From sequence record PP047755: a stretch of DNA of 64,000 bases; one strand, given 5' to 3'. The DNA is from Escherichia phage KEP1. A model generated the notes under the pieces. It saw nothing but the letters and a program-made list of their open reading frames with translations. It did no database searches and was not told the origin of the DNA. Position 1 is the stretch's first letter. Each line of letters starts with the position of its first letter. A program made the position numbers and the translations under genes. Below, piece by piece: positions 9,525-17,609 of the stretch.

Positions 9525-9613
9525 TTTGAATCTCCTAGTTTAAGGATTTTACTTAGTAGGGAGGTTGTTGCCTCCCCGTTGATTGACACTCTACAAGCTT
9601 TTATCAGGCTTGT
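9525..9613 (-). promoter_or_regulatory. cassette element A4
   Basis: TTGAATCTCCTAGTTTAAGG..GGGAGGTTGTTGCCTCCCCGTTGATTG on plus strand. Confidence 0.7.
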
Positions 9614-9847
9614 CTAGTCTTTTTCAATGATAATTTCATATTGACCATCAACACTATCAAAATAAATGCCGTCTTCATCTTCTGTCTTAAAGTAGCATTG
9701 TATGTCATCACTGGCGGGATAGTCTTGTCTTGCTATCTGACAAACTTGAATGGCATTTTCTTTACTTCCTGTGAACTCCTCAAGCCCTTTAAAATCGCAT
9801 GAATGGCCGTTACAAATGGAAAGGATGAGATAAATGGTTGTAAGCAT
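9614..9847 (-). CDS. hypothetical small protein with N-terminal hydrophobic/signal-like segment (77 aa)
   Basis: MLTTIYLILSICNGHSC N-terminus; lacks the conserved cassette 5'UTR. Confidence 0.55.
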   Translation of the reverse strand: MLTTIYLILSICNGHSCDFKGLEEFTGSKENAIQVCQIARQDYPASDDIQCYFKTEDEDGIYFDSVDGQYEIIIEKD

Positions 9848-9913
9848 GATTTAAGCCCTCTAAAAGCCCCTACAAGGGGCTGATTAGTGTTTATAAGGTG
9901 ATTGCATAGGTTT

Positions 9914-10456
9914 TTAGAAAAAGCTCTTTAAATCCTCTTCTGCAATGTTTCCTGTCAGTGTATCCATGATGTCACAAAAAACCTGAATACTGTCTGAATG
10001 TTGAACACTTTTAGCGAGAAGCTCCAGAGACTCATTAAGATAGTTTAAATTTGGGTTATCCAATGAAGGAAGACAAAAAGGTGAATACATAGCGTTAAAC
10101 TCTGTTGTATAGACCTTTTTAATCCAATTTACATCAAAGTACTCTGTAAAACTTGCTACACTCGACATATTATCACAAGAATAATCATCATTTAGCTCAT
10201 CCTCTGGAATATCTAGTTCTAAGATAACAATATTTTGGGTTTTCATCTGGAAAGCTGCGGTGATAGTGGCATTTCCTAGAGCTTGTTGGATACCTTCTGA
10301 TGCTATTTCTTCCTCATCGTCGCCATAGATTTTATTTTCTGGATACACGTAAAAATTGCCGTCCATATCCGAACAATTCCATGCGCCTGATGGTTTATCA
10401 CCGTTATTAATCAGGTTGATGAAGTTTTCTTGAGTAGTACCGTGAAAGCATTTCAT
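9914..10456 (-). CDS. hypothetical acidic protein (180 aa), cassette gene
   Basis: ORF preceded by type B cassette element; terminator-like hairpin AGCCCCT-ACA-AGGGGCT downstream at 9865-9881. Confidence 0.65.
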   Translation of the reverse strand: MKCFHGTTQENFINLINNGDKPSGAWNCSDMDGNFYVYPENKIYGDDEEEIASEGIQQALGNATITAAFQMKTQNIVILELDIPEDELNDDYSCDNMSSVASFTEYFDVNWIKKVYTTEFNAMYSPFCLPSLDNPNLNYLNESLELLAKSVQHSDSIQVFCDIMDTLTGNIAEEDLKSFF

Positions 10457-10548
10457 TTTTGAATCTCCAGTTTAGGATTTAGTGGTAAAGCTCTTTATCT
10501 GGGGCTTACTTTATCGAACTATAAGCCCCCTGTAAAGTACTTTATCAG
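10457..10548 (-). promoter_or_regulatory. cassette element B1: long hairpin GGGGCTTA..TAAGCCCC preceded by TTTACA, plus conserved 5'UTR and ribosome-binding site
   Basis: Minus strand TTTACA-GGGGGCTTATAGTTCGATAAAGTAAGCCCC-AGATAAAGAGCTTTACCACTAAATCCTAAACTGGAGATTCAAAA-ATG. Confidence 0.7.
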
Positions 10549-10746
10549 TTAATTTTTGACAACTTTTAAAACTGCAAGATAACCTAAGCAATAAGAATCA
10601 CCGAAGAGAGTTCTACCCATGAAAGAATCCTCTTTAATATCCTTTGCAGTAACAGTTTTCTCTACGCCGTGGGAAAGGACTACATCACCAACTTTGATGT
10701 CTTTGATGTGTGTTGTTTCAATGTTTAAGCCGTTAATAATAGCCAT
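10549..10746 (-). CDS. hypothetical protein (65 aa), cassette gene
   Basis: ORF preceded by conserved 5'UTR element. Confidence 0.6.
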   Translation of the reverse strand: MAIINGLNIETTHIKDIKVGDVVLSHGVEKTVTAKDIKEDSFMGRTLFGDSYCLGYLAVLKVVKN

Positions 10747-10850
10747 TTTTGAATCTCCTAGTTTAAGGACTTTACTTAGTGGGGAAGGTCATTCCCTCCC
10801 CCGTTGATGAGTAATTTACTTGTTTTAAAAACCAAAATCAAGAGGAATTT
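10747..10850 (-). promoter_or_regulatory. cassette element A5 with TTGATT-17-TAAATT promoter-like motif
   Basis: Conserved 5'UTR, GGGGAAGG..CCCTCCCC imperfect inverted repeat. Confidence 0.65.
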
Positions 10851-11255
10851 TTATAGTTCTGCGTAAATTGCGTCACAGATATCACGGAAATCATGATTTG
10901 TTAAATTACGTTGCAACCATGTTGCAAAAAAGTCAGCGATTGCAAAATTTGCGTCATACTCGACAGATAGCCACACTTTCACGGCAAAACGAAACATCTT
11001 TAAATCAAGCTCTTTATTCATTATCTTTGATTTGCCTAACATGTCAGCCATTTCATATTGTGCACCGTCTAGCGTGATACCTGCTGCAACGTCAGCCAAT
11101 GAGTTTTTTACACTTTCAACGTCTAAGATAACACTTTGAATCTTCCCGATAATATTGTGCAATGTCTCATCAGGTGCTGATGATGTAATAACATTAATCC
11201 GGTTAACGGTTAAACGTGCTTTTAAGATTGATAACTCACGGTTATTAATAGTCAT
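10851..11255 (-). CDS. hypothetical protein (134 aa), cassette gene
   Basis: ORF preceded by type B element. Confidence 0.65.
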   Translation of the reverse strand: MTINNRELSILKARLTVNRINVITSSAPDETLHNIIGKIQSVILDVESVKNSLADVAAGITLDGAQYEMADMLGKSKIMNKELDLKMFRFAVKVWLSVEYDANFAIADFFATWLQRNLTNHDFRDICDAIYAEL

Positions 11256-11340
11256 TTTAGAATCTCCAATTTAGGATTTAGTGGTAAAGCTCTTTATCTG
11301 GGGCTTACTTTATCGAACTATAAGCCCCTTGTAAAGTACT
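11256..11340 (-). promoter_or_regulatory. cassette element B2
   Basis: Near-identical to B1. Confidence 0.7.
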
Positions 11341-11613
11341 TTATACTAAATGCAGCTTTTTACCTTTTACTATGATGTAACTTGATGCGCTATTGCCGCA
11401 CACATCTTGATAAATTCTGCGCAAACGGCCTTCGTAGTGGACTTTCCAGCTAGTTGGAATCTTTTTCCCGTATCCGGTAGCAGTTTTTTGGAGTCCTGCT
11501 ACTTGCCAATCTAAGATATGTTGCTCAGCTTGTAAATCCTCAAAGTGCATCACACCATCAACATAGTGACGTAGAGTGACATTTAAAGTACGACCGTTGT
11601 TAGTAGTATACAT
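11341..11613 (-). CDS. hypothetical protein (90 aa), cassette gene
   Basis: ORF preceded by truncated A-type element at 11614-11640. Confidence 0.65.
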   Translation of the reverse strand: MYTTNNGRTLNVTLRHYVDGVMHFEDLQAEQHILDWQVAGLQKTATGYGKKIPTSWKVHYEGRLRRIYQDVCGNSASSYIIVKGKKLHLV

Positions 11614-11640
11614 TTTTGAATCTCCTAGTTTAAGGCTTAT
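11614..11640 (-). promoter_or_regulatory. truncated cassette element (ribosome-binding site/5'UTR part only)
   Basis: TTTTTGAATCTCCTAGTTTAAGG without the hairpin. Confidence 0.55.
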
Positions 11641-11796
11641 TTTGACAGTTCACTAATTAAGACATCAAAGATTATATCATTATCTGCTACAGTTGCAACA
11701 CCAGTGATATAATCAATTTCTAAGATAACAACAACTTTCGTACATAAACCGTCATCTATATCATTCCAGACAACTTTATCACCTGCACAAAACATT
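11641..11796 (-). pseudogene. possible gene remnant: full cassette 5'UTR and ATG at 11794 but only a 12-codon frame
   Basis: ATG preceded by conserved GGAGACTCAAAAAA context; frame MFCAGDKVVWNV then stop. Confidence 0.35.
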
Positions 11797-11885
11797 TTTT
11801 GAGTCTCCTAGTTTAAGGACTTTATTTAGTAGGGAGGTTATTGCCTCCCCGTTGATGTGTAATTTAATCTATCTAAAAATCAGTG
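11797..11885 (-). promoter_or_regulatory. cassette element A6
   Basis: TTTTTTGAGTCTCCTAGTTTAAGG..GGGAGGTTATTGCCTCCCCGTTGATG. Confidence 0.65.
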
Positions 11886-12218
11886 TCAACAGTTTTGTTT
11901 TCGTTTGCTCAATTCTTGAACAATTACAGCGTAGTAGTCTTTTAAGTCACTGATATTTAAAGCATTTATCAGAGAATTATAATCATTGACTAACTGGAAA
12001 TCATCCTTGAAGATGTCACTTATCTGATAGGTTTTCGCTTTGAATCTGAAGCTCATCTCTAGCCGCTTTATTTGCTCATCACTGAGACGCCCTAGAAAGC
12101 TCTCTACAAGGTTATTGCTAACCTGCTGTGTGATTGCCTTATTTGCTAGATTATAGGCTTTATATGCCTTATATAGCGCGAAAATGGCAATAATTGCAGT
12201 GATACCAGTCATTAACAT
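11886..12218 (-). CDS. hypothetical protein with N-terminal transmembrane helix (110 aa)
   Basis: MLMTGITAIIAIFALYKAY hydrophobic N-terminus. Confidence 0.6.
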   Translation of the reverse strand: MLMTGITAIIAIFALYKAYKAYNLANKAITQQVSNNLVESFLGRLSDEQIKRLEMSFRFKAKTYQISDIFKDDFQLVNDYNSLINALNISDLKDYYAVIVQELSKRKQNC

Positions 12219-12508
12219 GGTGTTTCCTCTTTACGTGATACTTTGCCATTTACAGTTATCTCATAAGATTCTAATAAATCGCTTTTAGACTTTACAGGGC
12301 TTTTAAAAGTATCATCACAAACATTGACTTGCAATACAGGTTTTTTATACTCCCTGCAACTATTCCATAAGCAAATCACTACACGACGGCCTTTGATTTT
12401 TCCGTGTAACCATTCCATAACATCATGACTATTCCTTGATGTTTCAATAAAATCAATTTTGTTGAGTAACTTGCTTAGATTTTCACGGATTTTATTTGAT
12501 AATTTCAT
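12212..12508 (-). CDS. hypothetical protein (98 aa), cassette gene
   Basis: ORF preceded by type B element. Confidence 0.6.
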   Translation of the reverse strand: MKLSNKIRENLSKLLNKIDFIETSRNSHDVMEWLHGKIKGRRVVICLWNSCREYKKPVLQVNVCDDTFKSPVKSKSDLLESYEITVNGKVSRKEETPC

Positions 12509-12596
12509 TTTTGAATCTCCAGTTTAGGATTTAGTGGTAAAGCTCTTTATCTGGGGCTATCTTAACAGCTTGATAACCCCATGTAAAGAAATCTAT
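12509..12596 (-). promoter_or_regulatory. cassette element B3 (stem changed on both strands: GGGGTTATC..GATAGCCCC)
   Basis: Same flanks as B1 but stem sequence co-varies, loop differs. Confidence 0.7.
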
Positions 12597-13109
12597 TTAG
12601 TCCTTAAAGATATTCATCACTGAATCTTTTAATGCTTCCAAGCGTTCTAATACTTCAGATTCTGCGTCTGAATTGTTCACTTCCTCTTTTAGTCTGCTAT
12701 CTAAATCATCGCCGTCACTGTAGCACCAATCGAAAGCATAACCAATATAAAAACTGTCTAAAACCGTGCTACCGTTTGCATCTACAACTTTCGCGGCAAT
12801 GTTGTACTCTGAAGCCTCTAAATCTCTTTCTAATTCTTTCTGTAAACTGATGTAAGCCTCTTTTGATGGATTTTCCCGGCCTTGTTTTGCATAGTCACTC
12901 GAAAGCTGTTTAAGGCTGTAATGTAAAGGGATTGCATATTTAAATTCATTATGCTGGCAGTTAGGATTTTTAACAGTCACACCGCCTTGATGGTCATCTG
13001 TAAATTCCCAATTATCAAGATTATGGCTTGCTTCAAAGCAATTAACAGCTTCATAGATAATGGTGAATTTTTCTTTTACAACTTCAAAGGTAGCGTCTAC
13101 AGTTTTCAT
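12597..13109 (-). CDS. hypothetical acidic protein (170 aa), cassette gene
   Basis: ORF preceded by type B element. Confidence 0.65.
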   Translation of the reverse strand: MKTVDATFEVVKEKFTIIYEAVNCFEASHNLDNWEFTDDHQGGVTVKNPNCQHNEFKYAIPLHYSLKQLSSDYAKQGRENPSKEAYISLQKELERDLEASEYNIAAKVVDANGSTVLDSFYIGYAFDWCYSDGDDLDSRLKEEVNNSDAESEVLERLEALKDSVMNIFKD

Positions 13110-13197
13110 TTTTGAATCTCCAGTTTAGGATTTAGTGGTAAAGCTCTTTATCTGGGGCTTAAGATACCAACTTTTAAGCCCCCTGTAAAGTACTTTA
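13110..13197 (-). promoter_or_regulatory. cassette element B4 (stem GGGGCTTAA..TTAAGCCCC, different loop)
   Basis: Conserved flanks, variable loop. Confidence 0.7.
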
Positions 13198-13503
13198 TCA
13201 GTTAATTTCCAGTTTTGCATAGCCTCTCATTGTACGAATGGGGGATGTTAAGGCTACGCGTCTAATATATGCCTTTTTCGTGTATACATTTGTCTTCCCG
13301 ATAGTGTTTACACATGTAAAAAGGTTTATTGGTGAATTTTTTAACTTCAACTGTTTATCAGTCTTCACGCCCCATCTTACAGCAGATTGTTTTCCGTTGT
13401 CAACCACTTTCCCACCTAACTTTTTCGCCATAATGCGAGCGTCATCACGAGTTTTTGCAGGAATTACAACGTTTTTGATAGTAGCCATTTTTAAGTTCTC
13501 CAA
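13198..13503 (-). CDS. hypothetical basic protein (101 aa), cassette gene
   Basis: ORF preceded by type B element. Confidence 0.65.
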   Translation of the reverse strand: MENLKMATIKNVVIPAKTRDDARIMAKKLGGKVVDNGKQSAVRWGVKTDKQLKLKNSPINLFTCVNTIGKTNVYTKKAYIRRVALTSPIRTMRGYAKLEIN

Positions 13504-13576
13504 TTTAGGATTTAGTGGTAAAGCTCTTTATCTGGGGCTTACTTTATCGAACTATAAGCCCCTTGTAAAGTACTTT
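13504..13576 (-). promoter_or_regulatory. cassette element B5
   Basis: Near-identical to B1/B2. Confidence 0.7.
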
Positions 13577-13957
13577 TTATTTAATTTTGAAGATTGTCAC
13601 GTAGCCATCACTGCCGATGATTTGTGATACCCCAGCTTTTTCTACTTGATAGCCCATATTTTCCAGATGATAGATAGCATCGTCATAACCATATGCACCG
13701 CCCTGATAACGTCGCTTATCACATCTTACTAAAACCTTTCCACGTCCTGCCAGTGCATTTAGTACAGCTTTTTCACTTGATAGCATACCATCTATCATGG
13801 TTGCCGTGTAATGGTTGATTTTATTCCCGTTGATATCATACTTGAAATTGAACGAGTGAACAACGATAACGTTACCTTTAAAATTCTCATCAAGTGACTT
13901 CTCCAGTGCGTTGCGAAAGTTGTCTTTATTGATGAATTTAGGTGCACGGTATGCCAT
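13577..13957 (-). CDS. hypothetical protein (126 aa), first cassette gene
   Basis: ORF preceded by A-type element and a strong promoter. Confidence 0.65.
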   Translation of the reverse strand: MAYRAPKFINKDNFRNALEKSLDENFKGNVIVVHSFNFKYDINGNKINHYTATMIDGMLSSEKAVLNALAGRGKVLVRCDKRRYQGGAYGYDDAIYHLENMGYQVEKAGVSQIIGSDGYVTIFKIK

Positions 13958-14023
13958 TTTAGAATCTCCTAGTTTAAGGTTAGTTATTTAGTGGGGAAGG
14001 TTATTCCCTCTCCGTTGATGCAA
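13958..14023 (-). promoter_or_regulatory. cassette element A7 (hairpin plus conserved 5'UTR)
   Basis: TTTTAGAATCTCCTAGTTTAAGG..GGGGAAGGTTATTCCCTCTCCGTTGATG. Confidence 0.65.
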
Positions 14024-14052
14024 ATATTAGATAACCATAGCCAAAGAGTCAA
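14024..14052 (-). promoter_or_regulatory. near-consensus sigma70 promoter TTGACT-17-TAATAT heading the cassette array
   Basis: -35 at 14047-14052 and -10 at 14024-14029 (minus strand), 17-bp spacer, followed by the conserved hairpin/5'UTR. Confidence 0.6.
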
Positions 14053-14219
14053 GAAAAATTTTAAAAATATTTTTGAAAAAAAAAAAACTGTAATGGAACG
14101 GGCGCACGCGACTACCACAAAACAGAACTACAATCAAGAATTATTTTTCAATCCGCTACAAATTTTTCTCTTGACTTTTGGGGAGAGGGGGAGTAAGAGG
14201 GAAAGAGGGGCTTGGCTGG

Positions 14220-14410
14220 CTATCTATAAAAACCTACCTGCACAATTCTAAAATGATTTTTCTTGCCCGACCTGAGCGGGGTCTGCACGTTTTGAAAATG
14301 AAAAAGCTCTTTGGAGATTACCTGCACAATTTGAAAATGAATTTTCTCTTTGGAGTTCAAAATTCTCTCTACAGATTTCTCTACAGAACTCTACCTGCAC
14401 AATCCTAAAA
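14220..14410. repeat. three direct repeats of TACCTGCACAAT-NN-TAAAATGA, plus one degenerate copy, in a 530-bp intergenic region
   Basis: Copies at about 14226, 14318 and 14388; related GCACGTTTTGAAAATGAAAAAGC at about 14285. Confidence 0.6.
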
Positions 14411-14486
14411 TGAAAAAGCCCTCCTTACCTGAAAAATTTAACAGATAAGAAAGGCTTAGCCTATTGTGAATATTCTACAGAGTTTC

Positions 14487-15272
14487 TTAGTTCTTTGCGT
14501 CTAAGAAGGTAGCTTCTTGTGATGAGAAAATTTCCTCGATATCCTCATCAGTTCTTGCATAGATATAAGTATCTGCATCACTGCCAAATGTTACTGCAAT
14601 CCTGTGATTGCTCTTCGACAGGTGGGTAACTAGAGCGTTACTTAGAGACATCTTTTCAACCGGAGGGTTACTTTGATGTATCTTACCTTTTCTTCGTCTG
14701 AAGAGGGTAACTGTATTGTCTGTGAACGTTACTACACCTGCAAAGTATTCCGGTTCACAGTAGTTCTTCCAACCTGAGAGTAACTTGTGGTACATCTCTC
14801 CTTCGTAGACATACAGATAGACATCTGCACTCTTCATCACCTGATTAATGATAACGGTGACGGCTTGAGGGTCTAGTCCACCGATACCTGCACCAATCAT
14901 AGGTAACCCAACTTTCTTCAACTGATTAACTTCACAGTACCTGTTAAGCTGTTTCAAAGATGATTCTAAAGCACTGTATCGGGCATCTTTGCCAGTCTTA
15001 AGCTGAGTGTAAAGGTTAGCTATACGGCCTTGTTTTAAACGTGCTACAGAGAAATTACCTAGTAAGTTCTCACAGGGCTTGTGGCCTATGCCACCTGCAT
15101 ACAGATAAACTTCTGTATCAGTCTCATATGCTTTTGGGTAAAGTTTAGAAATCTTGTCAGCGATACCTGCACCCATTAAATTCATACAGTTGCAACCGTG
15201 ACCAATGACGTCAAACTTACCTTTATCAAATGCGGCAAAGATATCACCATTGATGATTTTTACAATACCCAT
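14487..15272 (-). CDS. macro domain protein, TARG1/OARD1-like (putative ADP-ribosyl hydrolase) with C-terminal domain of unknown function
   Basis: GDIFAAFDKGKFDVIGHGCNCMNLMGAGIA and LPMIGAGIGGLD match the TARG1 signature (GDLF..HCISEDCRMGAGIA, MPRIGCGLD). Confidence 0.7.
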   Translation of the reverse strand: MGIVKIINGDIFAAFDKGKFDVIGHGCNCMNLMGAGIADKISKLYPKAYETDTEVYLYAGGIGHKPCENLLGNFSVARLKQGRIANLYTQLKTGKDARYSALESSLKQLNRYCEVNQLKKVGLPMIGAGIGGLDPQAVTVIINQVMKSADVYLYVYEGEMYHKLLSGWKNYCEPEYFAGVVTFTDNTVTLFRRRKGKIHQSNPPVEKMSLSNALVTHLSKSNHRIAVTFGSDADTYIYARTDEDIEEIFSSQEATFLDAKN

Positions 15273-15473
15273 TTAACATCTCTCCCAAGATTCTTTATCT
15301 TCTGAAGGTTTTACACGTTGTCCTTCATGGTCTACCCAGATACATCCACAACCTTCACAGATTACTGGCATTGCATAGCCAGCTTTAAAGTCATCTTCAG
15401 TGATAAGACCTTTTAAGTCACCTGTATCACGTCCGAACATTTCGATAGCACAATCTTTGCAGAAGTCAGCCAT
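15273..15473 (-). CDS. small Cys-rich protein (66 aa from the MADFCKDC start)
   Basis: CxxC...CEGCGC motifs; ATG overlaps upstream stop (ATGGCTGA). Confidence 0.5.
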   Translation of the reverse strand: MADFCKDCAIEMFGRDTGDLKGLITEDDFKAGYAMPVICEGCGCIWVDHEGQRVKPSEDKESWERC

Positions 15474-15699
15474 GAATAATTGCCTCTTGAATGATGATAC
15501 CTTTACCACAACGATTTTTAAAGTCTTCCAATGGTTCAGAGAAGAAGTCACGGAAATGGTTACTGCACTCACGTTTCATCACCTTCTTGTAAGTTAACAC
15601 ATCTTCTCCTGTAAACGGGACGACTTCATGTCTCCCTTTGAATACTGCTGAACTTACAATCTTACGTGTCTTTTTATCTCTGGCTAGTATTACTTTCAT
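15466..15699 (-). CDS. hypothetical protein (77 aa)
   Basis: ORF in operon. Confidence 0.55.
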   Translation of the reverse strand: MKVILARDKKTRKIVSSAVFKGRHEVVPFTGEDVLTYKKVMKRECSNHFRDFFSEPLEDFKNRCGKGIIIQEAIIHG

Positions 15700-16039
15700 A
15701 GTTTACCTTCTCAGTTAGCTCATATAAATCAACATGCTCAATACTATCAATGTTGATACCAATCTTTTTGAAGCGTTCTATCACTTCGTTGTCAGTCATC
15801 CATATCAGACACCAATGATTGTGGATGGATTCTTCAAGAAGGTCAACACAATCTTTAAAAGTTTTTGTATCACTTCTTGTTCCGACTACTGCGATTGTCC
15901 CATACAACCACTTACCATTACCATAAGATACTTGTGCTACGCCAACTTCTTTATCTTTCTCGTAGTAAACGGCTACAAAGTCTCTTCCATTAATCTGCAT
16001 TTGTAAGTTCCTCTGTTGGTAATTCACCATTTTCAGCAA
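15674..16039 (-). CDS. hypothetical protein (121 aa)
   Basis: ORF in operon. Confidence 0.55.
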   Translation of the reverse strand: MLKMVNYQQRNLQMQINGRDFVAVYYEKDKEVGVAQVSYGNGKWLYGTIAVVGTRSDTKTFKDCVDLLEESIHNHWCLIWMTDNEVIERFKKIGINIDSIEHVDLYELTEKVNYESNTSQR

Positions 16040-16304
16040 AGTACTGAAGGTATGGCAATAACTCTTTCACCTGTTCTTGGTTGAGTTTCATTCTTTGGTT
16101 ACCTACAAAATCTTTGCCTACTAATGCTGGGATATCAAGTGTTTTCCAGCCACCATCTAGGTACTGAACAGAGACCTCTTTAGCACCTAACCAAATACAT
16201 GGTTCATATGATGAACTCTCTTGTAAAGTACAAATTTCCCCTTTAGCATCTTTAAATTCTGCATAAGAAAATCCACGATTTGTTGGCTGGAATTGCATAA
16301 TCAT
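15990..16304 (-). CDS. hypothetical protein (104 aa)
   Basis: ORF in operon. Confidence 0.55.
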   Translation of the reverse strand: MIMQFQPTNRGFSYAEFKDAKGEICTLQESSSYEPCIWLGAKEVSVQYLDGGWKTLDIPALVGKDFVGNQRMKLNQEQVKELLPYLQYFAENGELPTEELTNAD

Positions 16305-16570
16305 TTCCTCGTTTTGAGAACTGCTAAGATTTCTTTAGAGTCTGGTAAGAACCATGTGTAGTGATTCTCTTTGATTTCTGGATGAGTGTCAACCTTTATT
16401 TTGCACTCTTTACCAACGTGCTTAAGCTGTGCTGTGACACCTTGCATAAAGATATGACACATCACATTATCCATAATGGTTGGTAAGAAGTCAATTCGCA
16501 TATAAGTTTCTTTTGGTCGTGGTAACAGTAAGTAACCCTCTACGTAAAAAGTATCTTCATTCTCTGTCAT
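16301..16570 (-). CDS. hypothetical protein (89 aa)
   Basis: ORF, ATGA overlaps. Confidence 0.55.
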   Translation of the reverse strand: MTENEDTFYVEGYLLLPRPKETYMRIDFLPTIMDNVMCHIFMQGVTAQLKHVGKECKIKVDTHPEIKENHYTWFLPDSKEILAVLKTRK

Positions 16571-16836
16571 TGCTGTTTATTTCCTAATAAAATCATATCA
16601 ATAAGGTTATTAGCTTTGATTGTGCACTGGTAAAAACCATCACGATAAAACTCAAGGGCTGCTGCCACATCACTACCAGTATTACCTTTGACAGTGAATC
16701 TTGACTCTTCTTGAGTGTACTTGTCACTCTCACTTACTTGGGAGTTTTTGAATGTACTGTTCACTTTGTTCGTTGAACACCCTGATATAATTATCAGTAA
16801 CACAAACATTATAAAACTCTGGCTTAGTTTTTTCAT
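16567..16836 (-). CDS. putative o-spanin-like outer-membrane lipoprotein
   Basis: Signal peptide with lipobox LIIISGC; start lies inside the upstream TM/coiled-coil gene in another frame (overlapped architecture). Confidence 0.45.
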   Translation of the reverse strand: MKKLSQSFIMFVLLIIISGCSTNKVNSTFKNSQVSESDKYTQEESRFTVKGNTGSDVAAALEFYRDGFYQCTIKANNLIDMILLGNKQQ

Positions 16837-17077
16837 ATGTTAGTACCTCTTTTGTATGCTTATTCTTAGCAAGCACATCTTTCAAATCATTTTTGTAATT
16901 GGTGCTCAGTGTGGCTAAACCTTCCTGATAAGCGTCTTTAGCAACACTTATTAGTTTCTCATTGCTTAACTCAGCTTCAGCAACTTGGTAGTCTCTGTAA
17001 GAGTATCCTCCCCAGACACCTGCCCCAACTAAGAAAACAATTATGAAAGTAGCTTGACAGAACTCTTTAAATGTCAT
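16730..17077 (-). CDS. putative i-spanin-like protein (N-terminal TM helix plus coiled-coil)
   Basis: FIIVFLVGAGVWGGY hydrophobic helix then charged helical region; overlaps the lipoprotein gene. Confidence 0.45.
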   Translation of the reverse strand: MTFKEFCQATFIIVFLVGAGVWGGYSYRDYQVAEAELSNEKLISVAKDAYQEGLATLSTNYKNDLKDVLAKNKHTKEVLTYEKTKPEFYNVCVTDNYIRVFNEQSEQYIQKLPSK

Positions 17078-17090
17078 TTAACAATCTCCT

Positions 17091-17118
17091 GAAATGAAAA
17101 AGGCTCCCGAAGGAGCCT
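17091..17118 (-). terminator. rho-independent terminator
   Basis: Minus strand AGGCTCC-TTCG-GGAGCCT followed by TTTTTCATTT. Confidence 0.7.
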
Positions 17119-17129
17119 GTATCTTAACC

Positions 17130-17609
17130 TTAACCGAGGACTTTAGCAAGGATATTTGCAGCCATCGAAGAAGCTTTTGCAGCAGCAACTACGCCAGCTT
17201 TGACAGTGCTATCCTTAATAGCAGATACCGTTGCAGCATCAGTAAAGAGATAAGTGATTGTTTTAGAACCACTCGTAAAGGAAAGCATAAGAGTAGTTTC
17301 CAGATTGAAAGAGCGATACGGAGCACCTTCTTTAACGATACCTTCAGCACCTAACTCTGAAGCCTTACCCATATCATAGATAGTCATCAGGTTTTCTTTG
17401 TGTGCAGTCGTTGAACCAGCACCTTTTACGTGCTTTTTAACATTCAACAATGCACGGTATTCACGAATGCTGCCATCAGCTTTTACATTAACAGCACGGA
17501 AAATTTTACCTTCAAAGTTACCTTGAATCATTTTACGAACTACTTCAGATTTGTTTGCCGTATCGTCCAGTGCTACCGTAATGATATTGTTCATAAGTTT
17601 TTCTCTCAA
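17130..17609 (-). CDS. hypothetical protein (159 aa)
   Basis: ORF; no recognised motif. Confidence 0.6.
   Translation of the reverse strand: MREKLMNNIITVALDDTANKSEVVRKMIQGNFEGKIFRAVNVKADGSIREYRALLNVKKHVKGAGSTTAHKENLMTIYDMGKASELGAEGIVKEGAPYRSFNLETTLMLSFTSGSKTITYLFTDAATVSAIKDSTVKAGVVAAAKASSMAANILAKVLG

Noticed and set aside
7797-14060. CRISPR array as an explanation for the regularly repeated elements
   Set aside because: Repeats are 65-100 bp, come in two variants and include promoter and ribosome-binding-site sequences; the intervening units are 200-550 bp protein-coding ORFs, not 30-40 bp spacers
13991-14408. Plus-strand ORFs 13991-14251 and 14178-14408
   Set aside because: They lie in the repeat-bearing intergenic region, use non-ATG starts, and their similar C-termini (LPAQF/LPAQS) come from translating the direct repeats; no ribosome-binding sites
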